Below, in pieces: positions 13,920 through 28,583 of a stretch of DNA of 64,000 nt. A program made the position numbers and the translations under genes. Each line of letters opens with the position of its first letter. The stretch's first letter is position 1. Below the pieces are notes generated by a model that made no database searches, had not been told where the DNA came from, and was given only the letters and a program-made list of their open reading frames with translations. Source of the stretch: Tubiluchus corallicola (lineage: Eukaryota > Animalia > Priapulida); the NCBI GenBank assembly GCA_030141605.1, contig JAQGDQ010000197.1, positions 343,673-407,672 of the forward strand, written 5' to 3'.

Positions 13920-16353
13920 CACCATAAAATGATCAGGTTTCTGCTTGTTAAAACTGGATTCCTGACGCGAGCTATAATAGTTTACTCGCAGTTATTTTAT
14001 TACTGATTCAATAGGAGTTTCCGTTTCATATCATGCAGCCAATAAAACTATTTGTACAAGTTTCTGTCATCTTAACTTTGTGGTGACAGCCTTTGTGCTC
14101 CAACAACCTCTCAAGCGACTTACACCAAGCTCGGATCGCTGTGCAAATATGTCTCCTGATTTTCTGCTTCTCTTCTTTTTATACAAAACCCCACGAGACT
14201 GTCCTGACTTTGATTTATGTTTAATGATTTGTCACAAAACGCCATTAAGGCATGCGCATTACAAAAAGCAACCTTAGAACTATTATATCCCAGCAAATCT
14301 CAAGCCGTGACTGAGTGACTAACTAAAAGACTACCTCACTAGTTGGTTGACTTGCTGACTGACCGCATGGCTAACTCTCTTACTATAATTATATAGTGCG
14401 CTTACTAAGTGCCGTAATTTTTGAAATCTAGCATCATAACCACGAGTAGTTTGACGCAGCAGTTGTCTGAGTTTTTTTTTGAAGGGGGGCAAGTGCAAAA
14501 AATTGACTCGAAAATGAGGCGGATCATCTTGCAAATAGCTTTTCCGACTAAATAGCTGTGTGAATTACCGTGGCTGGTTGCAAAATCGATCCACTTTGGA
14601 AGCTGCGTGAATATACGCTGAGAAATATAGTCCTAATACTATATCAGAAACTTAAATGGTTGACAGATCCAATATAAACTTAATTACGTCTTCCCTGACT
14701 GAGCTGACTCGTTTGCAATGTGGTTTTGTCATACAGCTGTAAACCCCTGTCATGTATATGCAGGCTCGTGCGATATTAACTTGATGTAAATAATATTACG
14801 CATGCGCACATTGTAAGCAACAGTAAGTTGTGGATGACTAAACGGTAATTACTGGGAGTTGGAATAATATCTAATAATAATTAGGTATTTTAAAAAGACA
14901 ACAAGAAGAAACATATCAAAATAGGTTGAGAAAAGAAGGTTAAAAACACAGTGTCTAAAGCTCTGTTCGAAATAATTTAAAAATTGGTTTAGACGATTAA
15001 CTCTTAATTTAAGAAACAGCGGAAAGTTTGGAGATTTTAATGATAATTTTATCCTGCTGACTTTATCTTATTTTCAACAACATTTTGAAATGATCGCTTA
15101 GGCAATACATAAAAGCTACAAAATTACATGTTATCATTAACTTTTCAACTTTCGTTTGCTAACTAAAACTTAAGGGTTTTCACACCTAATTGGTTTCTAC
15201 GTAAAATTTTCGCTAGCCGTTGTCATTCATGTAGGGCTTCGCCGAAGACAACGCGTAATGGCTTCCCAGAACGCTATTTGAAAAGGTCATCTGTAGCTAA
15301 AAGCAATTCTACTTCCTAAATCCCTCAAACGAATTCAGTAGCTTGTATAATTTATCCGGAAAGGGCTGCCATATTTGCATTATCAAGTTTGCACAGTAGG
15401 AAACAGCGCGACATCTGCAATCTTGTATTAGGATTTTAGTCCCGCAACGTGAAGCCCTAATAGAAAGTATTAGAGACGGTGCAAGTAAGGGAAGATTGAG
15501 GAGACGATGTGAATCTTAATTTCACTATATGTGGTTGAACGATTGATGGCCATGTGAATGCTTTTGTATGGTGTCGTGAGATTAACTTCGACGTGTTTAA
15601 GTTGACCTGTCTTTTAGTGGTTCCTAGACATCAACTGAGCAATTAGCAAGGCCCAACAACAGCATTTTCAAACTGGCACAATTACACGACACCGAAACAC
15701 CAACATTACCCACAAATAATCAATAACGCGCGGAAGTTCCGCCTAATGTTTTTTTATGGAGAAATAATTCAGAAATAATGGAAGGTGTGGCAACAGCAAT
15801 TGGCAGCATTGTGGGCTTGAGGCCAGTATTGGCGTTTTTGGAGATCTCTTCAGATGAACTTTTTGCATTTTCTAGACAAACATCCAACTAAATTCTGTTT
15901 GATAAAGCTTAATTTTTGTGCGTTAACTGTAATGATTTTATTGCTTTTTGACACTATCCTAATATCTTATTGATATAAGCAATATAAACGAATTGCCGAC
16001 TACTAAGTAGATTTATGTGTTGTGTCTTAACTAGTTTGGTATCTTTGTTCGTTTATATGCACACGCTAATTTCTACTACTATAAAATTAAAGCTTTTCCT
16101 TAAACTTATTCATGGCGATAGTTCAAAATTTGTTACACCCATACATAATTTCGCTGTTTCATGGTTTTATAGTTTTCATTTTGATAATACGGAATGACAC
16201 GATATGACGTCGAACCTTTACGTTGTAATAATAATCAATAATAATATTCTTTATTTAAAGTCGGCTTTTGGATGAACAATTAACATAATCTCAAAGAGCT
16301 TTTGGGCCAACAGTAAATAACAGACTACAACTACATAACAGAGACTGTTATTT

Positions 16354-16492
16354 CCCCATTTTTACCCTAAATACCGCGCCCCAGGCAGGGCAACAGCATG
16401 TACCATTTTTAAAGTCTTTGGTATGACCAGGCCTCTGTATCGTACTCACGACTTCTTGAGGGAAAGCGGACGCGTTACAACTACACTAAACC
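16354..16492 (-). mobile_element. tRNA-derived SINE with a Meta-type core
   Basis: Minus strand reads GGTTTAGTGTAGTTGTAACGCGTCCGC... (tRNA-like head), then GGTCATACCAAAGACTTTAAAAATGGTACATGCTGTTGCCCTGCCTGG, which resembles the MetaSINE core as I recall it. Confidence 0.6.
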
Positions 16493-16748
16493 ATATGGTC
16501 TAAACTCGTAACTTCACGTGTTATTGTGTTTTGCCAAAGTGTATTTAAAAGAGGTTTTTACACTTTGGCTCTGCCAACAATTCTGGGTGCAATAATCAGC
16601 AGCAAAATATAATATGGCTAAAGTTTACAATTCTCCACACAAAAGAAATACCGTAAAAGTATTATGACATCATTTCGGTAAATTAAATACATTATTATTA
16701 CTCTTGTTTCAGTTTGACACTCTCGTTGGCGAGGTGTTCAAAAGCAAG

Positions 16749-16874
16749 ATGGATGTGGCGGGGAGCGAGGGCGAGAAAGAACCTGTTCCCATGAATCTGG
16801 TGCGCAAGGAACGTGATTTGACCATTGACGAAAAGCGATTCCTTCTTGCAGTCGAACATGGGGACATGCCAAAG
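16749..16874 (+). CDS. trp-gamma: TRPC coding exon 1 ([42 protein letters not shown]); acceptor ttgtttcag ends at 16712, so 16713-16748 is 5'UTR
   Basis: Too short for the ORF track; translated by hand. [12 protein letters not shown] matches the first TRPC ankyrin motif. Donor AAG|gtattg, phase 0. Confidence 0.88.
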
Positions 16875-19800
16875 GTATTGTGATTGTCGGCGTCCTAAAT
16901 TCTAAATTTCAATTAAACTTTATGTAATTTTCACCGTGAGCTTTGCCTTGATCTTTATTATGTTAATTATGTTAACTTCATATAGGAAAATAATTTGTAT
17001 TGGCCTGAATGGTCAGATTTTTTTACCAAAATATCGCTGCCACCGCAAGACTACCTTTACATAAGGTGACTTCCAGAAACAGTTTTACCAGCTTAACAAA
17101 AAAGGCAAGCAAGGAGAAGGGACCTGCTAACTTCTCAAACTTTGTCAGTTGTTCACATCTTGTGTCGTATTTGTGTGCAGTGAAGCACATTCCACACTTC
17201 ACTGTTGCTAGAAGAAAAGCTGCATCTAGTATCTAGATTAGAAACAATGATAAACGTGATAATTTCATTATTAGTGGGTTTATGGATGTGTCAGATGTAT
17301 GATATAGATCAAACTTCGTGTTGCACTGGTCGCAGGTACTTCTATCAGGTTCAATTATATAACCTTTGCGTATACGATAACTTTTACTTTCTATATAATT
17401 TTTTACTCTAATATCTAATTTTATGTCATTTTTTCCATACAGATTGTTAACATTGTGTGCCATAGTTTAGATTTACTTGTATGTGTTTGTTTATGGCTTT
17501 AAACTGCAATAGACTGATAAATAAATAACACAGTCTCATTCGAACGCAACAAGGCTTTAACTGTAGTCTCACTGTAAATTTGTAAATTTCTTGCTTGCCA
17601 GCAGAAAGTGTCATTACAGTAACTCCATTAAATTTTAAAATAGGCGTATGCATTTAAATTCGTCTACTAAATATTAAATTCGAGAAATAGTAGAATTCGC
17701 GGAAACTTGGAATGCACAGAGGGCTATATATTTAACATTAATATTAAAGCTAAATTCCAGCCAGGAATACACGAATTCGTGGATGAATGCAAATTTATAA
17801 TATCCTGCTTGTAAACAGTCAGTCGCGCGCACTTAAATTCATCATCTTTAAAAAAGTTACTTTTTGTATATTATAATCGGAAGTCATTGTCAGATGTAGA
17901 TACGCTAAATATATTTTATGTTTTTTTTTGTGTATTTTAACTCTGGTGTAATAATTTGTATTTGTGTTGTTTAGGTGAAATAAACTGAATTTGAATTTGA
18001 AATATTTGAAAAACTGGGAACACTGGCTGGCACTATTCGAATTCTGCTAAAACTGCAACTGTTTTTAAATCGACGCCGTTCTAACAGTTTGCATTGAAAA
18101 TACCGATTTTTTCATTCATTTTATCAACTTAAATTGTGTTTAATCGTCTGTCTTTACCGTTAAGTTAATTGCACGTCCTCATTTTATTAATATGCATAAT
18201 ATGCATTTCCAGAGAACTGGAGTACTTCTTCAATTATTTAGCAGTTCTATGTTTCTTACTACTCTTTGTTGTCATTTGTTCTTTTTTATACACTTCGTCA
18301 CACTGCATGTCAGAATCCCACATTCAGCGGCCTGACCTACTCAACGAAACGTTTGAGTCATGATCAGAGCCATGTATCATGGTGCCAAATATCTTATCGA
18401 GAACATGTCTATAAGTTGAGCCACTGACCCAGTAGAAGTGAATTAGGTTTGCGAATGATACCGCTCGAAACGAGTATCAAATCGCCAGCAGCCACACGCA
18501 ACTCACAAAGTGTGCATGTTTACCTACTCGGCCATGAGCCTCGCTACATCTTTTGACAAATTTCAGAATTGTCAAATTTTTGTAACAATTCATTTGTTTT
18601 CTTGTGCTGTACGTCTACAAAAAACAAACCTAATATGTCGCAAAACAAAATTTCAGGTGAAGCAGTTTCTTCAGGATGCTGCCGCAACAGGTCACATAAA
18701 CATCAACTGCGTCGATCCGCTAGGTCGCTCCGCCCTTCTCATCGCCATTGAGAATGAAAACTTGGAACTACTAGAAGTGCTCCTCCACCACAATGTGGAA
18801 CTAGGCGATGCCTTGCTCCATGCCATTAGTGAAGTCAACGTGGAGGCGGTGGAGATGCTGCTCAATTACGAGGAAGACAAACGCAAGGAGCAAGAAGAGA
18901 AAGAAAAGGACGGGGTAAGTTAAGGGAAAATTACCAATGATTATGGCTAAGTCCAAAAACATTACTTAATCACATAAAAACAAGAAATTAATATTAAAAT
19001 CGAAAGTCTAAAAACCTCCACGGGGTTCAATTCAAGACCTTTTGCTTTCCGGGCAGCTATGTAACCATTATATCACATAGGCTCAATAGTCCAAATGTCG
19101 GGAATGTCAAACTGAAGAATTTGTAACTTAGTCTGCATTTGAATGAGGGACTTTTATGGTATTAGTCTGCTTCGTGGGAGATCATTACCTAACAATTCTG
19201 ATTGCTGTAGCATCGACTTATCCGACAATAACAAGCTCTTCTGCTCAAAAGCCCAAAAACTGATGTCATCTGGCAAAGTCTAGCCTCTTCTCCTTTCATC
19301 TTCTGATGTCAGGTTGTCTCTTCCGTGCTAAGATGCAGGATTTGAGTCTCAATTCCTTACTTCGAAAAAGGTGTGAAATAAGTGTTAGTGCTATTTCAAG
19401 GCGAGTAAGTAAAAATTCAAGGCCTGCAACACCGAAGCCACACCTAACGCAAATGATAAAAAGGCTAGACTTTGTCAGACAACATCAATATTGGCCTGTT
19501 GAACAGTGGAGGAGCTTGTCGTTCTCTGATGAGTCGAGGCTGTAGCAGTTCATACGTCGCAAGAGACATGTATGGCAGTACTTACGTACCTAGGTACGTA
19601 GAACTGTGCAAGAAGAAGCGAAAACTGCATGTGAACATTCACAAAGGCAAAATTTTCATGCAAGGTGGTGCACCGGTGCAAGGTAGCAACCAGCTTCCTG
19701 AAATAGATGAAAATCCCTGTGTTGGGATTCCCTACAGTCTAGATCTCAATCCCATTTAGGGTCAGTACAGGTGGCAGAGTGATTAAGGTAACGGACTGTG

Positions 19801-22333
19801 GATGCTTCTCTGCTTCCAGCCCGAAATCGAATCTCACGACCACCTGTATTGGCGCAAACAGTTGTTATTTGTATCATTTATTTGTGGCGTCTTAGTGTTG
19901 TTGTATTCGTTAACAGTCGCTTATAGTTGCCTATGGCTAATGTTGTCTGTTGTCCCAGCGACTCTCAATAAGTATCTTTGTCATTTGTCCTGTGTATATA
20001 CTAAAAGATAAGGTGATAGAAAAACAGCCAACAAGTGCTGAACAGCCAACAGGTGCTGAAAATTTAAAACAAACTATCAAAAACGTATAAACAAAGAAAT
20101 TTGTGAGGAGAACTGTGAATTTATGGTTTCAGGTACGTCGATGCCTAGCAAAGGATATGATATTGCATGTTATGATAATGTAAAAACTAGATAAAGATAG
20201 TTTTGTCAAATTTCTTCAAAAATTGGCACTGGTCTTTGACTTTCACAAATCAAATGACTGTCCACTGCAGATTTACGTTACAGTGAACAACTGCTCCATG
20301 TAATCGATGTAGCTTCGAACTAGAAAGAAGTCAGTGCGGGGAAATTAAGCAAAATGTTCATATAAAATGGCAGCTATAGTATCCCTACAGTCATCAAATC
20401 GTCGTATACTGTAATTGAGTTGTTATCTACAGTAATGATGTGTTCGTCAATACCAACTCACACAAATTTGGAGTATAGTGGAATTGTATATCATGTAGTG
20501 CCGGATTAAGGCATGGGCTTTATGGGCTGCAGCCCAGGAGTCTCCGCTAGCTGAGAGACCTTCACAGATTAAGTGAAACTAATTTACTGTGAAAAAGTTA
20601 CTGCAGAATGAGAGTAAAAGTATGCTGAATTATCTCTTTAAAGGGACTAATTTAATTAATATACGGTATAATAATATACTGGTATTATTTTTTTGTCCAT
20701 CATTCCAACTCATTGGTACTGCTGCACCAATAATTTATTTATTGTAATTTGTACGTATTATATTTAATATTTCAAAATACAAAAATATTTCTACATATCA
20801 GAATATCATTTCTCTTTTTGTTGTGCCAGACTTGCACCCATCTATTTTAGCCTAATGTTGGCATTATGTTATAGAAGTTGAATAAACTGATTTGAAGAAG
20901 CCAACATTCATGCTTTTGTCAATTGTCACTGGGGGTCGGGCCTCACAACGTCCTGTAGGAGCCTACAAAATCATAATCCGAGTTCAGAGTGGTGTGATAC
21001 CTAATAATAAAAATAATCCGCATTGTGGGCTCTAAAATCGCGTCGAAACAACGTGTTTGTAATTCTCATAACAAAATTTTATGTTTGCCGGGAGAAAAAT
21101 TGTAGATAACAGAAAAGTATGATTTGGACATTAAGTGAACGGAGATTTAGTGGAATTGACCAATGAAGGCTTGTATAGTTGACTTTAGCGAATTCTTAAT
21201 CAAAGCGAATTTAATCAGATACATCTAACAAAACACGTAGCAGTAAAATTGAGATTTGATCGCTCTTTCATCACTGACAGTGTTAAATTTTCTACCGCAT
21301 CGTCTGCAACTGCCCACTTCAGGCATTATTATTGATTAATCAAAACTTGTTCTACCACAAGACTGCTCTGCTTGCTTAATCCAAATTGGTTGCATGTAGC
21401 AGTGTTCTCAACCTCCTCCATTTAGACTATTCAGAACGAAATGGATTGCTAATGTGTGCGTGTAGAGAGGCATTAGCGTATGCTCTGAGACAGTGGCTTC
21501 GACAATGCCACCACCGATAATGATAATTAACCTTGTCACACGGTTTCGTTCATGCCCAGGAATGCATTGGATGCTTAGGTAGGTACAGCTGCAAGCCTAG
21601 GCTAGGCAAAAGTTCTCCAAATTCCCATCATGAGGCACAAGCATAGTGGATATACGATTGGTGTCTTATATATTAAGGCCATTATCACCAATGAGCGACA
21701 GCAACTACTCTCACAAGAAACGATATCTTACTATGCCATAATTAAACCTGTGCACTACAGTGCAGTTCATCCAACGAACTGCAAGGCAACTGTTTTATAT
21801 ACTTACAGAGCTTTTAAAACCTCACACGATGTCCAAGTATAGGAAGCCGTGTATTAGCGATTATTTTGTCTTTCAAGGTTTTCATGGCTCCATTTCATCT
21901 TGTTGTCTTCCACGGTCCGGTCTTTATGCTTCGTGTTCTTTATAGCATTTTCGTGAAGCCGCCAGACCCAAAGGGAAACGGAAATAATGGCACACACGCC
22001 ATGCTTTGTCTCATTTGTCACGTGAAATCTTTAATGATCAGTGCATCATAACGATGTGATTCTTTTGGGATTAAGCCGGAAATACTCCTGCATTATCGCA
22101 GTGCTGCTCAGAAACCAAAATCTACGACGATGAACTAATGGTTCCTACTATCCAATATAAATATCCTGCATGAGATGCGAATCCCCCAAATTTGCGGAAA
22201 TACGTCAGTTTGTTACTCGTTATTTCTCTTATGAAAATACTTTTGACTTTTCAACTCCCAGCACGAGCCTCAAAAATGAATACTTTTTTGTTTTGCAAGA
22301 AGAGGGTCTGAGGGAGGGAGGGAGGGTCTGAGG

Positions 22334-22397
<64 letters not shown>

Positions 22398-25300
22398 CGA
22401 CTGATTGTGCTATCTGATGGTAATTGCCTGGCTACTGTGAGTGAGCAGGCGCCTAAAAACCAGGAGGTAAGTCGACTGAAGCAATATATGTCCGCCTGAA
22501 AACCACTTATATTTTATTTATAGTTTTAATTTGTAGTACTTTATTATGGTAAATGTATATTTAGATGAACTGTATTACGAATCTAGGCCTTTCCGGGACT
22601 TTCATGCAGTGCAAAATGAAACTAGAGCATAGCTCGAGTATGTATCTGTATATATGTATAATACAAATATGCATATAATACACTATATGCATATTTCCTT
22701 ATACGTAGAGACTCTACAACATATGGTAGAGATTCAATTATTTGGTATTATATATCTTATAATACCAAATAACTGGGTCTCTACCATAATTGTTTCCTCC
22801 AGTCTACGTGACCATTTCTTAAGTAACATGTAGCTGACTGTTTATCTAACCTCGGCTTCTAAAGTGCAGGCACGCTAGGTGTATTTGCAGAAGCTAAGGT
22901 ATACAAGATCCACAAAATGCAGCCATGTGGGAAATTAAATGTCACTGTAATATATCTTACTGCATATTTGTTGTTCCCTGCTGTAATGTACACATGCTGT
23001 GGTCAACATGTTATTAACTAAGTTCAAATAGATTAAATTTATTAACAATCGCTATATATGTCTAATAATTATGTTGTGGGTTTACACAAAAAAACATAAG
23101 TGTTATTATGAAATAAACTGAAATTATAGCACCGATGTTATAATGTAGGCAGGCAAATTTATATATCGGCTGCGAACAGTAAATGGATTTTTTTCTAGGC
23201 ATTCATGATAGACTTCTGTGCAATAATGCTTAAAGTTAAAATACAAAAACCATAACAATTCTTAATTATCACTGTAATGGTCACTTTTTTATGAAAAAGG
23301 CGGAGTACTTTTTCTTTTTTTGAACTTTGTGTCTTTTATCTTACAGAAGCTTTCACCCTACCCGACCTCAGCAGCAGCAGAGTCTATACAGCTAATAAGG
23401 ATCCGCTAGGGTGAAAGCTTCTAAGAGAAATAAAAGTTATTATTTTAAGACTATGCAGTCAACGTTTTTTTATGCTAAAATGGTAAGTCTCATGAGAGCT
23501 CTTTCATATTTTAGGCCGTTATATATATTGACGCACAGCCGTATTACGCGCCAAACCTAATGATTAGACAACAAAATCCATATCTATTGTTTACCCAGCT
23601 TGATTTATCACTTGACCAACTTCATCTGCAAATACACGCTGGCTTCATTGCCTTGTTAATAAACCGTGTTGGCTTCGTTTTGTTGGCACATCATCCCACA
23701 GTTGTTAATCTTTGATTGTTTATACAAACGGCAAAAATAGGGCGTTTCAACGTAAACGTAGACGAATTAGGCAGAAACTGCTTCTTTTTATAAAAAAATC
23801 CCACAATTAAATTTACATTGTTTGTTTCATCTCTCCTTTTGAAACTTTTTAATTGTTTATGTTTCTTGATACAGATCTGACGATAAGAACTAGTGAATTC
23901 TTGAAACGTTGTCATGCAGTAATAAAAACTTTATGTATTAGTAGGATTTTGTGTAAAAATGCTTCCAGCTTATGAAGAATTTCGTAGTAATTCTTCTTTT
24001 TATAGTTTATAAATTCGGTGTCCAATAAAATAACTACCATTAATAATATTGCTTTGTATAAAAATGAAAAAGGTGTAAGGCATTGAATTATACTCCTATA
24101 TTAAAAATTTAAATATTTAAAAACCCAAAAAGCTGGCATTATCCTAGCGACTCACAATCCCAATGTCCATCCGTAGCAAAGAAAATAATCATTATTAATT
24201 AAGCTTTTTAGACATGTATTTTTACTGAGCTAATGATGTGTACACAACTAATTTTTGCTAACTTTCACAAAAATGTAACTGTGAACTACAGCTAATAGAA
24301 CTCGTTCGGTTTCTTTGCAGACGCTGAACCAGTTATAAAATGGCTGATTCTAGTAAGTTAGCGCGGGAGTTAGACTTTTTTAAGTTTTAACACTTCTCGA
24401 AATGGGAAGCTTTAAAATAAAGTTGAAAATTTCCACTTAGATAAGGTTTAGAATTTAACATAATGTAATATAATCTTTATTTCATCTTATCGCGCACACA
24501 TACAATTATAATGCAAATGATATTTTGAAAAACATATTGTAAGAAAATGCAGCGAAAAACCAATTACTCATATCTAGTCAGTTGCCTGTTGATTAGTGAC
24601 GATCATTTTGTTTGATGTTGTTCTATTACAGTTAATAATACGTTAATAATAAAAATTAATTCTTATAATATGACATTAAATTAATAAAATAAGGAACCAT
24701 AGTTCATTAGTGACAGATGAAATAATAATATATGATAATCAATTTGAATGTTAATTTGTTTGACTGAATTTTATAACGCTGTTTTGCAGGAAGCGTTTCC
24801 GCCGCCGCCTCCATATGAACAAGTTAGAGAGAGTGCCTTCACGTCAGATATTACGCCTATCATCCTCGCAGCTCACCGGGACAATTACGAAATCATTAAA
24901 ATTTTACTGGACAGAGGTGCGAGCATACCCATGCCTCATGACGTGCGCTGTGGGTGTGACGAATGTGTCCAGAACAACATGTCGGACAGTCTTCGACACT
25001 CGCGCTCTCGATTAAACGCTTATCGTGCCTTATCTAGCCCGAGCTTGATCGCCCTGTCGAGCAAGGACCCCATCCTAACCGCATTCGAACTCAGTTGGGA
25101 ACTCAAGTATTTGAGCGGTATTGAGAACGAATTCAAGATGGAGTATGAACATTTAGCGAAACAGTGTCAAGAGTTCGCGGCCGTCCTGCTCGATCAGACT
25201 CGAACTTCGCAGGAATTAGAGGTCATACTGAACCATGATACCGGCTCGAATATGTTCGATCAGGGCACGTCGGTGCAACAACCGCCACCTAACGACCGAA

Positions 25301-28300
25301 TGTGTCTCAGCCGACTTCGGTTAGCCATAAAATACAAACAGAAAAAGGTGAGCCTTTGAGGTATTCTGTTAGTTTCTTGAGATTTCAATTTCCGTGTATT
25401 TCAACTTGCAAATTGCAATTTCTGAGGCCAGCTACTAAAGGGTGTAACGTAATCATTTCTTGTGGGTGCTGAAACAAAAAACAATTTATTGCATAAAAAT
25501 ATTGCCCGTAATGAAAGTACAATCTACATCATCCATATTTCGTGTGAGAGCCTCGCATGTCTCGCACAGCCTACAATATTGAGGGGCATGAATGGAGACT
25601 CAAAGAGAACAGCTAGGGTTAAACTCGTGATAGTTCAACATATCCTGTAGATGTCTCCCAAGCTTGCCTTTTACGTCGATCAATGATATGTCTTTGGATC
25701 GTCTTAGCCTCCATCCTATCTTCATGATATCTCCAAGGTGTTCCGGTCCGGGGGTGAAGTCCGTCAAATTTTCAAGTCATAAATTTCAATTTGCCCCAAT
25801 CTCACCATCTCAACATTGCAGGATATGCTAGATACACAAGGTTTCGACACTAGATGTTGAGGGCACGATAGATTCTCAATTACCTGAATAGTACCTCTGA
25901 TGAAATAAATTGTTCTATACTATTACTTGTTTTTTTCACCCCTCCCCCGCCATACTTTACAGGACACAGTTTCAATGATCATTTTGCACTAATTTCATAC
26001 TTTTACAACTTTACGTTTTTTAATTGATATTTTCACTAATTGTTATTGTGAACATTAAACTAAAATGAATAGAAGGTTTCAGGCGCCTAGATAAAGCTCG
26101 TAACAGCTTAAATAAAAAGTTTTTTGTGAAAATGGATTTCTAAATGCATAGCAAGTTTGCTTCAATACAGGCTAATTTGCTTTAATTCCATGCATGGACT
26201 TCAATAGAAACAGCAACATCGCTAATTTTAGCCACTGTCAAGCAACTGCCATATGGAAGTGACATTTCTGTACATCTCGTTTCGTCACAAACCGTTTTTA
26301 GATGTGAGAAATACAAAATCGTATTGGTAATAATAAAACCAACTTATCGAGTGACATGAAGCCCATCTGAGAGTTCTATTAAACATATAGATGGAAAGGT
26401 TACATCGTCGACGATCCCTCACTCTCTACATGCACACATAGGAATTGTATTTGTGTGCGCGAGAGACGGAAGTCAAAATTCTTTCTCCTGCTAAGAAGAC
26501 TGACGTCATCATCTGGCTCTTGACATTTCAAGGTCGAAACTCTAAAAGTCACCTTTTACATATAACACAGTCTGTTGCCATATACGGTAAAAGTACGGTT
26601 AATTATCTCGATTTTTCATAAGGTTGTGTACTAGAATGCTCATTCAACTGTCTTACGTTGATGACAAATCACACAGCGGGATTGCTTTATTAACTGCCTG
26701 ATGAAAAATAATCGTTTCGTGTCTGAGTAGCAGCACTTTTCTGTTTTTGGCGTGTAAAACAAACAAGATCCTGACATATGTCAACAATTAAAAAATTTAA
26801 CAAAAATATTACGCGTAAAATATATCAAGTTACATCTCATAGTTGTGTCGCTTAAAAATACAAATACTATAATAAAATAATTGTAATAATATAATTAATT
26901 ATATTAAATTATATTATTTTTTTATATTAAATTATATTATAATTATATAATTTCATATTATAATAATTATAATATGAAAATATTGTAAATAGATTATTAA
27001 AAAACTAATACTTTTTTAACATTAATGAAATTTTTAAACTGTTGAGTGCACCTAAATTAATGCACTAGGGAAACTTATCTGTTCTGTAGAAGACATGTTT
27101 CTTACTTGTCATAGTTTTGATGTAATTTTTTGCTTTTTGCAATAAACTCATCTAAATTATAACTCAAATAACATTTCCAGGTCAAGGGTTTCTATTAGGG
27201 CAAATTACTAGACGCATGTTTCCTACGTTTCCAACGTCAATGAATTAAATGTCTCATATTAAATATTTATGCTACAACTGGTAAATTTTAAAAATATATA
27301 AGCTCTACCTAATTATTTACCTATTAAAAAATAAAATGTCACGAGATCCGGTTTAGATGCATACGAAGGGCATACAGTCTTAGTCTTACTTGTCAGTTAT
27401 ATATACCTTTCTAATCCGGAATAAATTGAAGCGTGCCCAAGAAACCTGAGCCACTTATTAGTCCGATTTCAAATCGTCCGATTTGCCGAGCAAACACGAA
27501 TTTGTGTTACTGGGCTTCAGTCTGTGGCTTCCTAACCTGACTTGTAATATAAGCACAGAACAGCTCACTGCCACTGTCTTCCTGATTTAACCTGTAATGT
27601 AAGCACTTAACCGGTTACTGGATTACTGCATTTTGCATGATGCGTTCCTGTAATGACAATGTGTCACATAGGACTTTCTGTCATTTCAACGTACCATTCC
27701 TTGTGAGTGGTAAATACGAAAGTAATTGCAGCTTGCATCTCAGTCTAATGTCTAACTGCAAACAATTACTTCCAGCAAATTGATGTAACATGATTTAAAC
27801 AATTTTTTGTCGAGATCGATTTTTTTTATTACTCGTGAAGTATTAATATGGGAAGAATGAAAACTATAATTTATTAGTCTGAATTCTGACCTCACCGTTT
27901 GCACAGTTTCAAATTGTGTAACGTTTGTGAACGTTTATTGGGTAGTAAAAAATAACCGAAGTTTACAGTCATTGGTTAAGCAGGCAAAAATAGATCTTAT
28001 ATAATTTATCACTCTGAAATCCTGAATACACCCTGAATACAAAAATTAATGATATAGTTAGTAATAATTAAGGAGTTAGGAACCTTTCTGAGCTACCAAA
28101 GCCCTTCTTTTATGATGGCATGGTGACCTAAGCGTCCAAGTTGAGATCCTTATTAGCAAAAGTCAATACGTAATGATACTGTTGAAATTACGTTTTCGGA
28201 ACCGAATTTTGACTTTTACGATAAACCTGTCACATTTAGGCCTACCGCTTTCTATAACTCTGTCGTTTCATTAATACTTTAACATTTTGGTTACAGTATA

Positions 28301-28530
28301 ATACTAACACATTTTTTGCTTATGCCGTCTTCCAGTTTGTTTCCCATCCAAACTGCCAACAACTGCTAGCTTCCATTTGGTATGAAGGTTTACCTGGCTT
28401 CCGACGACGAAATATCGTTTATAAGGCAAGTATTATCAAGTGCAAATATTATTCTAATAAAATCCGTCGTTAACCAAAAGCGAGATCATGTTTCGTAAAG
28501 CGAGGGCACTGAATGCTTTTAATGTGTGCA

Positions 28531-28583
<53 letters not shown>

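Noticed and set aside
18440-19850. tRNA-like heads at ~18460-18537 (-), ~19010-19080 (-) and ~19770-19840 (+)
   Set aside because: Only A-box-like segments with degenerate B-boxes and no full cloverleaf; probably old SINE remnants, not tRNA genes.
22720-22790. Short hairpin tatggtagagattcaattatttggtatta...taataccaaataactgggtctctaccata as a possible pre-miRNA
   Set aside because: More simply a small palindromic MITE remnant; it cannot be supported without small-RNA data.
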